A stretch of 34,007 nucleotides of DNA from Paraglomus brasilianum. Taxonomy: Eukaryota. Location of the stretch: contig CAJVPI010000347.1 of NCBI GenBank assembly GCA_910592345.1, forward strand, positions 1 to 34,007, given 5' to 3'. The notes beneath the pieces are model-generated. The model was not told where the DNA came from. It ran no database searches and saw nothing but the letters and a program-made list of their open reading frames with translations. Numbering within the stretch: position 1 is the stretch's first letter; every line of letters begins with the position of its first letter. Made by a program: the position numbers and the translations under genes. This document shows, in pieces, positions 1-10,600 of the stretch.

Positions 1-436
1 GCAACATTATGGGCGGACTACGACCATCGATGCCTGATTCCGCACCAGAGGAATACAAGAAACTTGCCGAGCGGTGTGCTGATCCTGATAAGCGTCCAGA
101 GAATGGAGAGGCAATTATTCATTAGAAGAAGTACAATTATTAATCAAAGTTTTAAAAGAAATTTTTGATTTAAATTCTTCTTGTCATATTAAAAGAAAAG
201 ATCAACTTAAGTTTCAGATTTACAAGCTTATTGAAGAGGCGGACAACACGTGGAATACCATATATCATAATGATGTAAAACCTTTATCACGTCTCGAAAA
301 GGAGAGTAAATATTCTAGTAAGCTCCTACCTACTAGAGATTTGCCTAAACCAAGAAACAGTGATAATTTTCCTTCGCTACCAGTTTTCAGTTTGCCAGGT
401 TAACACCTTTCATTGTTTTATAATTTAGCGATTTAA
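1..436 (+). pseudogene. 3' end of a TKL-family protein kinase, paralog of 31167-33711; frame disrupted and truncated by the window edge
   Basis: 1-99 aligns to ~33319-33423 (IMGGLRPSMPDSAPEEYKKLAERC--ADPDKRP, 6-nt deletion). That frame stops at TAG 123-125. The conserved tail DNTWNTIYHNDVKPLSRLEKESKYSSKLLP-DLPKPRN (242-357) is in a different frame. Last intron 399-428 (ends TAATTTAG) matches the paralog's last intron. Confidence 0.75.
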
Positions 437-1451
437 AATTTTGGATAGTGAATTATGATGTTTCTACTTGACACATATTCCATGGCTAGTAGTCAATACA
501 CTCAAATTAATAAAAAAATTTGATGTCTATTAAATTAGAATTGATACACAATGTGTGTTGATGCGGAGCCGTGGTAGTAGTTTTTCTTTGAGATTGATGT
601 TAACTAACGTCGATTTTAAACCATAAATTATCCATCGCAGTTTTTAATAATGAATCTCGCAGTATTTGTGTACCATATATTCGTTTATATCCAATTGGAC
701 CATTGTGTTATTTATAATCGACAGAATATGCTTTATGAATTATTTAGATGTTACGAGATTAAAGTTGTAAACCATTAAATCGATGTTTCCTCCGTAGTCA
801 TTGTTCTTGAGTGTTTTGTATGTACGTATGTAGTATAAAGTGCGAATATGAGAAGGTATTCATATGAACTTTTGCAGCTCCCAACTGGAATGTGCTATAT
901 ATTAGGATATGCCTACTCACGAAACGAATAGTCATGTCTCTTAATGCAACAGACACACTAAGACAATACTGACCTTTAAATTAATCTGTCACACTATGTA
1001 ATTCACAGATTTATAAATGTACTACAATCGGGTGTACTAGTTCATACGGTCAAAAAAGTGCTCAGACGGTTCGAGAATGTTTAACCAAAGCTTCTTTAAA
1101 CAGTGGCGACGTTATTATTGTTCTCCTTCATAAAATTTTTCAAGGACTAAGGCTAACCTAACCGCTTATTGGGACACCATTTCTATTCTGCCGACGGTCA
1201 CGATAACTATCGACACTTGGCAGTTAGTGACCTTTTCAATCAGGTTTTACCTATTCTCGATCGATAGACGCTAATCACGTCATTCCTCGAGCATATTCAC
1301 CATTATCCCGATTGGGGTGTTTGTATAATTCTCAACGCATTGTTAATGAACACGAGAGTAATCGCGGGACAAGAGGCGAATACGCTTAACAATATAGGAA
1401 TTAACGGCTTCTCAGCTATATCATAATTTATCAGAGAACAAATCATTAATA

Positions 1452-1593
1452 CAGTCAAACCTCTTTATACCGATACAGTCTTTGGAACCGTTTACTAATT
1501 ATGATATAAGATTTTCTTCGGCTACACCGATAAACTGGTTATACCGATAGAAATGACGTGTGCCACTCATATCGGTATAAAGAGGTTTGACTG
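1452..1593. mobile_element. 142-bp MITE, Tc1/mariner superfamily (pogo/Tigger-type ends)
   Basis: Perfect 24-bp TIRs: CAGTCAAACCTCTTTATACCGATA (1452-1475) and its reverse complement (1570-1593). Flanked by TA on both sides (1450-1451, 1594-1595). Internal TATACCGATA sub-repeat. Confidence 0.9.
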
Positions 1594-1904
1594 TACTCGT
1601 TTATTATTAGAAAGAAATATTAATTAAGCATTACATGAACATGATCGAAAATTTAAGAGACATGAAGAAAACATGATGCAAACATGATTAATTCTATCGA
1701 AAGTCGCGCTTCCTGTATACACGTATCTTCTATACCAAGTGCCAATTATTGCGTGACTGCTATTAATATTGCGGCGTTGCCAGATTGCACCAAAATTGTC
1801 GTTTACTAGTGTGTAACGTTTGTGATACCATCGGAGTTACGCGTCATTATTAACATTAGTCCTTAGCACCAGGCAGGCGATGTAGAAATTCAATTAGTGC
1901 TGTA

Positions 1905-2478
1905 CAGTCAAACCTCGAAAAACCGATATCGCTTAAAACCGAACCTCGCAAACCCGATAAACCGATTATAATAATGCAGTACGAATTAATTACGTGACCT
2001 GATTCTTGCAATTTTATTGGTCAACCAAAAAATTTATTATTATATACTAATTATAATCTATATCTATAATAAGAATGCAAATCTCGCAAGCGAAGTAAGT
2101 CAACAACCACAGCCCAATATTTCTTTAAAGTTGGTGCTAGAAAGTGTGGATAATCTATTGCAATTTATCAGTAATCCTCCAAAAGAACTCCTTTTTGAGC
2201 ATTATCACAGATTGACAGGTTTATTACTTCGTAGCATTTCTTATTCTTTGTTACACACAGTTTTGATATACTGTACATTGTGACCTTCATGATGATAACA
2301 TAGTTTGGTGGAGTTTAGTATTAGGCTTCGTATTGTAAAGTAATTTTCTGTAAAAAGGCAATCGCAAGATAAATTCTTGTTGTGGATGAACTCCTTTTGT
2401 CCGTCCGGTTTATTGAGAATAAATATCTTTGTTAAAAGAAGCGCAAAACCGATAGAAAATGATGAGGACAGTTGACTG
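1905..2478 (+). mobile_element. Internally deleted, degenerate pogo/Tigger-like element
   Basis: Left end TA|CAGTCAAACCTCG with repeated AACCGA(TA) motifs (same CAGTCAAACCTC as the 1452 MITE). Degenerate right end GAGGACAGTTGACTG|TA, preceded by AAAACCGATA near 2446. Internal peptide PQPNISLKLVLESVDNLLQFISNPP resembles pogo/CENP-B-like transposase C-terminal tails (by recall). Confidence 0.5.
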
Positions 2479-2912
2479 TAATATAATATCAACGCAACCT
2501 ATGTAGTGTAGCGAGTAGCACTAACAGCTTATCCTATTGAATAGATAATAATAAGATAATTTGAATGTTATAAAAGTAAAAATTTGCAATGGTTGTCAAT
2601 AGAATACTTGGTCAAAGTAAGCACTAAGACAAAGTCTAAAAGTGGTTGGGCAGGCGAAAAGCACAGGTCATATGGCAAATTGCTACAATCTGCCATTGAT
2701 GTGGCCCAAATGTGAGATACAAACCAACGGATCCTTCAAATTAAAAATGCGCCCTTCTAAATCAGCAATGTTGATATGGACAGACAAGAAGGGATGTTAG
2801 ACAACAGCAAATATGTTGGGAATAAGATGTCGAAGCGAACCAAACTAGGTTGATAAAATATGTCGGCCGTCAATGAAACTTATTATATAAAAGTATGTGA
2901 CCATGCCCAATT

Positions 2913-2960
2913 CCTCGTTATATATTATAAGGAATCATGGATAACTTCAATATAACGAGG
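2913..2960. repeat. Short inverted repeat, possible MITE remnant
   Basis: CCTCGTTATAT (2913-2923) and ATATAACGAGG (2950-2960) form an 11-bp perfect inverted repeat; the outer TIR ends are decayed. Confidence 0.35.
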
Positions 2961-3134
2961 TTTTGTTACACCTTAGTTATGTCCAACTCGAGAATAAATC
3001 CTCAAGTCCCAACATAGGACACAATTGATAGACGTCTGTAAATGATATGGAAACTTCTATAATCATTATAAATTTATTGATTCTATAATATTATTAGAGC
3101 CACCGCAAGTTGAACTTAATCATGCTCCATGTGT

Positions 3135-4372
3135 TCACCATAAATCATCAAAGTAGACGGCAAAGAGCCTCTCCACATATCTGAATATGTATACACCGAT
3201 AATTCCAATTTCGTAAGAAAAATACCACATGAAAAAAGCAATGAGGACAACAACTGTAGCTTTTATACTCCTAGAGTCTAATGTTATAAGCTTTGCTCTA
3301 TTATTCGCTTCACTGTGATTCCGCGCTTCTTTAATCTTTTTCATAAGCTCATCGTCTAGTTTACCAAATTTTTCTGCTGTCTCTAACTCCACAAGAGCCT
3401 CTCTATATTTCTTTTGTTCTAATAAAATACAGCCTACCAAAATATTCCCATTAGATATCTAAACATACCATTAGTACCAATGGATAGCAGGCGTGTGGCT
3501 TACCTTTCCTATAATGTCCTTTGGGCCATTTATGGTCTAAACGTATACATTTATCGGCATATATAAGTGCTTTATCATATTGACACATTTTCAACAACAC
3601 CTGTGCTTGATTCGAGTTTGTCAATAGACTATCAGAATCCATATCAAGGGCCTTGTTATACTTTTCATAGGCCTCCTGATATTTCTGTGTTTTGTATAGC
3701 CGATTGCCCTCTAGTCTCAACTCTTCAGCTTTGGATCGATTATCGATACTCTTATTGTCCTCCAAATTGTCGTCTTCTGAGTCATCCTTAGTGTATTGCA
3801 CGCGCACCTTCTCTAGTTCGGCTCTTTTTCTCATCGCTTCAGTTGCTTTATCGTTCTTGTTGATAAGTAGGCATTTTGAGTATTTGGGTACAATAGTAAA
3901 TATATGCATCAGTCATGTACCTGTCCTAATTCTTTATAACATTTAGCCATCCTAAGATATGCTACACTATGTACTGTCGTACAGCCAGGAGCAATGCCCT
4001 CGCCAACGGGTTCATTTGGAAGCTTCAATATTCTTTCGCCTAAAGATCCAATCAAAAGCGTATCAGATACATGACAGCTAATGCGAAATTGATGCAACTC
4101 CATACCTACCATCAACTAAAGCTTCTTTGTATCTCTCTAACTGTATTAGACTGATAATAGTAACAAGTCTGCGTAAGAGAATTAGTTCCGTGTATTGAAA
4201 GAAAATGAATAATGATATGATACTACCAAGTGCATCTACTCAATAACGGAATTGGAACATCGGGAAGTCTGGTTATTAGATAGTCGAATACTGTGAGAGC
4301 TTCCTCAAGATTATTCTCAGTCAGCAGACGCGTTGCCAGTCGAAGAAGTTCTTGTCCACTTTTTTTCTCCAT
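3135..4372 (-). CDS. TPR-repeat protein (STI1/SGT-like carboxylate-clamp TPR domain) with a hydrophobic C-terminal segment
   Basis: ATG 4372 (MEKKSGQELLRLATRLL...), about 5 exons with GT-AG introns (e.g. 4226-4151). TPR motifs KAEELRLEGNRLYKTQKYQEAYEKYNKAL, SNQAQVLLKM and WPKGHYRKGCIL. C-terminal ATVVVLIAFFMWYFSYEIGIIGVYIF. Exact 3' end uncertain. Confidence 0.8.
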
Positions 4373-4814
4373 TTACCTGCGTGCGCTAAAACATTCCTTC
4401 ATTAATATGAACTTGTACATGACGTCACAAGGAATTTAAAATGCAGGGGTCGATCAAATAGTAATAGGTATTAACCATTCCCATGTATTTCTTATAACTT
4501 TTGAGGAAATTTGTCTCCTAGTAACAAAGGAAAAATAGTGCAGAAAGTGAAAGCGGAGCAATTTCATTGGCTGACATACAAATTTGACCAGATCACGTTC
4601 TAACTATTATGTATTAAATATTGATTTTTCGTCTCACCTTTAAAGAGGCAATAATTGAATGGGGCATCAACCATTTGTGCTATTTTCTCACGGAAGTCAT
4701 GCTTTACTGCGGCCGCAGCAAGGAAATATCTTTAGCCAAATATTACACAGAGAAAATCATAAATAATATAATGAGCCCTTTGGACTATATTTTGCTATCT
4801 TTTTGTTTTCCAGG

Positions 4815-5582
4815 ATGCCTTTGCTATCTATGCTTCCTGCTGAATTGCTTCTCGACATTATTTTAGCTTTTGAAGGTGATACTGTCGATAAACTCCTTCA
4901 AATCGGACATATTAATCAATATCTACGCAACTTATTACTCGATCGGGCTATCTTCTGGAAACGCATTGATTTGACAAGACATAAAGACAAAGCGCCTGAC
5001 ACTCTTGTACATATTTCAAAAATTCTTCCTTGTGAATCACTCAAGGTTTGTTAACCTGAGAATTGATATGGCTATGTGTTTTAGATACATAGTCAAGTGA
5101 TTCTATTTGATTAATGTAAACAATATGTTTAGCAGGCTGTTTCTGCTATCATTCTCGATGGTACAGAAGTTAAGGATTTCAACGTAGAAATATTCCTGCC
5201 GAAATTTCCGAATCTGCGATTCCTGAGTATTCGTGAATGCCATAAATTGGTGTTGGAGGATTTGCATGAAGTTTTCGAAGGATGGAAGAAGAAAAACGTG
5301 ACATTTCCAAATCTGAATGAAATTGATGCGACAGGGACTAACGGTAATTCTTATCCTCGTTACGATGATCACGCCGTTCAGAGAGGAACCTACAAGGTAC
5401 TACAGAGAGATCATGAAATAATGAGGAAATTGCAGAGTGACATGATTGCGATTACGAAAAATGAGGACGCCATATTTCGTTGCAAAGCATGCAAGAAATG
5501 CAACAGGAAAGTGTCGGTCGAGCTGCAGAAGTGGTCTCTACCACACAAGTCTGGAAGTGCTATTTGTGCGAGTTGTTTATAG
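4815..5582 (+). CDS. F-box protein with an RNI-like LRR region and a C-terminal Cys cluster
   Basis: Exon 1 4815-5045 encodes F-box-like LSMLPAELLLDII...IFWKRIDL. Intron 5046-5135 has a TAGCAG acceptor. Exon 2 5136-5582 is in frame: FPNLRFLSIRECHKL, FPNLNEIDA, CKACKKC...CASC. An acceptor-like TTTTCCAG just before the ATG suggests a possible upstream exon. Confidence 0.75.
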
Positions 5583-6855
5583 AATTTAATATTACTAATA
5601 GTAAATACTGTATATATACATATATATTACTAAACACTACAGACTGATAATGGACAATTGTATAGAATAAATACATAGTAATAGTAATAGCAATAGATAC
5701 TTCTATAAATATAACAATAATAAATGATGTACCCGGGTCAGAATGTGTGCCAAGTGAATATAGTTTAACGTCATCTTCTCGTAGACTTAACTTGGGCAAA
5801 TTTGTAGCATTGTCGTGGCAGATACCGTGAGAAAGTTATTATTGTGGTTAGGATTTCCACTCGTAAGTCGGGTGAATTTCGTCCTCCTATTTAGACAATT
5901 ACGAATGTCTGCGCGAACGATTAATCGAATACACTTGATAACTAGTCAGGAAAGGAAGCAAAGGCAGATTGAGGTCATACGCTGAGTTTGCAGTGACGTA
6001 AATTTAAAGTCGGAAAACACGGGTACAATTCCATTGCTTCAGAATTGTCGGCACATATTTAGTCACGCCGATTCTCATCGTAGGCGTCTATTAAGGAAGA
6101 TTGCTTACCTCAGAAGTAAATAATTCTGGCATCTGACCAAAACACTTGAAATGTTTGAGGATGTTCGTATAGTATGTGAATATGCGGTATTGCAATATCA
6201 CTCATGTGAAATTAGACTTTCGAATACCGTATACGTAATATTGTCATCTTTAGCATTATGCGATTGAATGGACAGGATTCTTGTAAGAGAAGCTTAAGTA
6301 TAGAAGTATGGATTATGCAAGTTAACGCCACTACTCTCTCAAGAAATATGAGATGATATACGTTCAAACTGGCAAAAGCTAAGGCTTAATTTACCCTCGA
6401 CAGGAAAATTTCCACGTGCATGCAGGACAGAAATTGGATACAGTTCCAAATTTGTTATACTATTGGAGAAGTCATATTCAAATATTCGAATTAAAAGATT
6501 GCAAAGTGCGCTTTGTCTTGCAGCTGAATTTTATTAATATGGCGAAGCCTAGTGCTAGTTCGACTGATAAGACTTGTAAACAAAGCCGCGAATCAATTAC
6601 ATAAAATGAGATCATATGAATTGTTAAAAAGAACAATACTTTATTTATATTTATGTACCTTACTGTTACCTGCAGGTTTTGTAGGTTTACCTGATATGTT
6701 GGTTTTGAATCAAACTGGGTAATGAAGACTTGTGTTGTTGTTTATTATTTACACGCACCAAATCGCCACAACAGGAGTGAATATTCACACGCATGTGAAT
6801 CTCTTTCACTTATATAAAGTCGAAATCATCTACCACCAAAAATCGATCAAACGTA

Positions 6856-8943
6856 ATGGTCAACACTACCGAAACCATCCAGTTGCCAACAGGCAAAAGC
6901 GTTCAAAGTGAGTCATACTGCCATATTCTTTTGAAATAGTCAACGTCTGTCACTTACACACGTTCGAAACAACGTGTCTCTTACTATAACGGCTCGCAGT
7001 AAGCACTGGCCTCTTTATCAACAACGAATTTGTTGAAGCAATTGATGGCAAACGGTTTGGAACCATCAATCCTGCAACGGGCAAACAAATTACAACTGTC
7101 GCGGAAGCATCTGCAAAGGATGTCGACTTGGCTGTTAACGTTGCCATACACGCGTTCGAGAGCGTTTGGAAAGGAGTTACCAGTGAGAAACGCGGACGTT
7201 TGTTGTACAAATTGGCAGAACTCATGAGAAGAGATTTGGAAATAATTGCAGCAATCGAAGCATTAGATAATGGAAAGGCATTTGAAATTGCAAAGAAAAT
7301 GGACGTACCAGAGGCTATCGGGACGTTTGAATACTTTGCCGGATTTGCTGAAAAGTTGAATGGTGAGGTGTTCGATACCCCTAACGATAGGTTGATATAC
7401 ACGAGAAGAGAACCGATCGGTGTGGTCGGTGCTATTACACCGTTCAATTTTCCAATTGTGATGGTTGCTTGGAAATTGGGGCCTGCGCTTATTACAGGTA
7501 ATTTTACACCCGCAACTGCTTACCTTATACTTGTCATCAAGGCGTATACGTGTATCTTATCAAAAAAAATTTTTTTTTTTTTGGTTTGCATCATCCATCT
7601 TAATCCTAGGCAATGTGGTTATTCTCAAAGTTGCTGAACAGACGCCGTTGAGTGCTTTATATCTTGCCGGACTAATCAAAGAAGCAGGATTTCCTCCGGG
7701 TGTTGTCAATATTTTGACTGGATGGGAGGAAGCAGGCAAAGCCATTGCCAGCCACATGAAGATTGAAAAAGTCGCGTTTACTGGTGTGTAACGCGTTGGC
7801 AAAACAAAATATGGTTAGGTAGTCCCACAGAAAATATCACGATTAATCATTATGATCATCTTTATATCAAACAGGTTCTACTGAAGCCGGTAGAAGTGTC
7901 CTCAAAGCTGCTTCTGAAAGTAATTTGAAGAAAGTAACCCTTGAACTTGGTGGTAAATCCCCAAATATTATTTTTGCCGATGCTGAACTTGAAAAGGCCG
8001 TTGAATGGTCCCACAATGGAATCTTCTTTAATCATGGGCAGTGTTGCTGTGCTGGATCGCGTGTATATGTTGAAGAAAGTATCTATGAAAAGTTTGTGGA
8101 AAAGTTTAAAGAACATGCGGGTAAAATAAAAATCGGAGATCCATTCAAGGCGGATACGTACCAAGGGCCACAAGTATCTCAAGAGCAGTTTGACAGGTAA
8201 CACGGACGATACCATTGCAGAAGGCTTATATGTACAGATGTGTAGTAACATCATGATATGTTTATTTAGTATCATGTCATATATTGAGGCGGGAAAGTCG
8301 GAAGGTGCTACGTTGGTAATGGGAGGTAACCGACACGGCGATCAAGGATATTATATCGAACCAACAATTTTTACTAATGTCGTAAGTTGCACACAAACCG
8401 TCTTCAAACTCCAATCACTTTATACAAATTCATATATAAATCTTAATACATAGGACGAGTCTATGAAAATCATGAAAGAAGAAATATTCGGACCAGTTGT
8501 TGCAATTGATAAGTTTAAAACAGTTGACGAGATTATTGAACGAGCGCACTTGACTCACTATGGTCTTGCAGCCGCTGTGTTTACGAAAGATATATCCAAA
8601 GCATTTTCGATTGCAAATAAATTGAAGGCCGGTACAGTTTGGGGTATGTGAGAAGGATACGCACGACATGTTAATAATAGTTAACTAAATGGGATAAATC
8701 AATCTAACCTCAATTCTTCACGTTTTAATCAAGTTAATTGCTACAATGTGTTCAGTCATTCAGTGTATGTATGGTGACAGTTGTCGTTTATAATGTTTTT
8801 GCCAATTCAATAATTTGTTTTATTTTTACAGGCCCTTTGGCGGATACAAAGAATCCGGTCTTGGAAGAGAAGGTGGAAAATATGCTTTGGATAATTTTAC
8901 TGAAATTAAAACAGTTTGCGTTAATATGGGAGCGAAACTGTAA
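6856..8943 (+). CDS. NAD-dependent aldehyde dehydrogenase (ALDH1/2-like), C-terminal PTS1 AKL
   Basis: 8 exons (ATG 6856; introns start at 6908, 7498, 7784, 8197, 8382, 8644, 8765). Motifs [38 protein letters not shown] and [13 protein letters not shown]. Ends ...NMGAKL* at 8941-8943. TATA-like TATATAAAG near 6811. Confidence 0.95.
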
Positions 8944-10017
8944 TGTCTTGAAAAGCGTAAACGTAAATAGCCCGTTGTAGTAAACTAGCAAAATATACCC
9001 TGCGACATGGAAGCGTATGTGTGAAGCGACTGAATAAAGGAAGCAGCAGGTTTAAAGAATTGAAAACTAGAAATACAGTATGTATTACGTATAATAATAA
9101 GATGGCACTAAACTTTGTACAACGGGATGGGCTGTGATTGACCTATCGAAACTTGTAAAAATCGTACCGCTTATTATATACGGCAAGACGAAGTGTATGT
9201 TACGGAGAGCTTGCTAGGATGTTGGGCAATGGATGTTATTATATATTTGTATTAGTACGAATAATTATACTGTGATATGGTAGACGTATCGGTATAGCAC
9301 AAACGTTATCTTCAATCTTGGCGGATGAAAAAAAGGACGGGATCACACTTCTATTGGATAAAGTGCCTATCGCGATTTTTGTACCTATCGCGACAATTGT
9401 TGCGCCCACATGACATTGATTGAATCTGATCAATAAAAAGTTTTGTCCCGATGGGTTGCTGCGGGGCTACCACAATCATGCCTGCAAGACAGAAATAATC
9501 ATCCGATCTTCTGGCAAGTAATCCTGCTAATGCTTGTAACTGGCCCTCGTCCTTTTTGTTAGTATTAGTGTAATATTAATTATAGTCTATACTCATGGTC
9601 ACGCGAAATTCTTATTTTGATTGGTCAATTACCGAATGATTGGCGTCCGAAGATAATCGATATAATAATAAATTTAATGTCAAACCCTAACTAACAATTT
9701 CATAAGTAACCGTAAAAACTATAGAACCAATGATTCTCTTTCAGATTTACGGTTGATTTTTTAATTGGCGGACTAGATAGGTTTTAAAGTTACATCGACT
9801 TGTTACAGTAGGTGTTATGCACCTGAAGATACTACTTCCGACCGTCGAGAATATTAATATTGCTATAATAATAAGAAACCATTGATAGTAATCGCCAATA
9901 AGTACAGATCTTATTTGTAACAATTTGCGCATTCATTACTATTACTAGACAATCAGTTTGAAAACAAAGATTCACACGTAAAGGTTATTGTGGAACTTGT
10001 GGAACTTGTGTTATAAT

Positions 10018-10055
10018 GATAATAATAATAATAATAATAACGATAATAACGATAA
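10018..10055. repeat. (AAT)n microsatellite grading into AACGATAAT units
   Basis: gataataataataataataataacgataataacgataat. Confidence 0.8.
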
Positions 10056-10600
10056 TGGCTTCGACTGTATTTGGAAACTGTATACTAACAAAATATCCTC
10101 GTTTCCTAGTACTCTAGTTGAATATTAAATAAATACTTTAGACTATATTAATAGTGGTATACCGTTTTAGCCCGAGTAAAATCCGAGATCTTCCGATTTG
10201 CATATCCCTCCTCTCAACTAAATCCCATCGCTCACCGTCTACAACAACAAATCACAATGCATGATATCCAATTTTTCCTTACAATGAAAAAAACTCCAAT
10301 AATTGATGAAGATCTCCCCGAAGAGCAACGCAGGATGGTGTATACACGCAGCATAAATCATTCCAAAAGCGAACATGTAAAAAAAATGAAACAATGACTT
10401 CGATATCATGTACAAATAACAACGTCTTCATAATAGATATCACATAATTTAGATTATTTTTAATATCGTCAATACAGACATAATAAACTTTCCTTGTATA
10501 ATTAAATACTTTTATCAACTTACACACGACTCTCAAAACGATAACAACGAATAGAGATCGTCAGTTTTTTTATTTCCCTATCGATAGCTAAAACAACAGT

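Noticed and set aside
2630..2870. Moderately GC-richer segment as a possible exon (likewise 9430-9560)
   Set aside because: No recognisable motif and no consistent splice or ORF structure that I could support.
6950..7447. 165-aa minus-strand ORF, and similar long antisense ORFs such as 25668-26336
   Set aside because: Antisense shadows of the ALDH and HAD hydrolase exons; no independent protein features.
7561..7584. A-run/T-run hairpin resembling an intrinsic terminator
   Set aside because: Low-complexity homopolymer tracts inside an ALDH intron.
9683..9695. Telomerase template or telomeric repeat (AAACCCTAAC)
   Set aside because: Barely more than one repeat unit, with no array or supporting structure.
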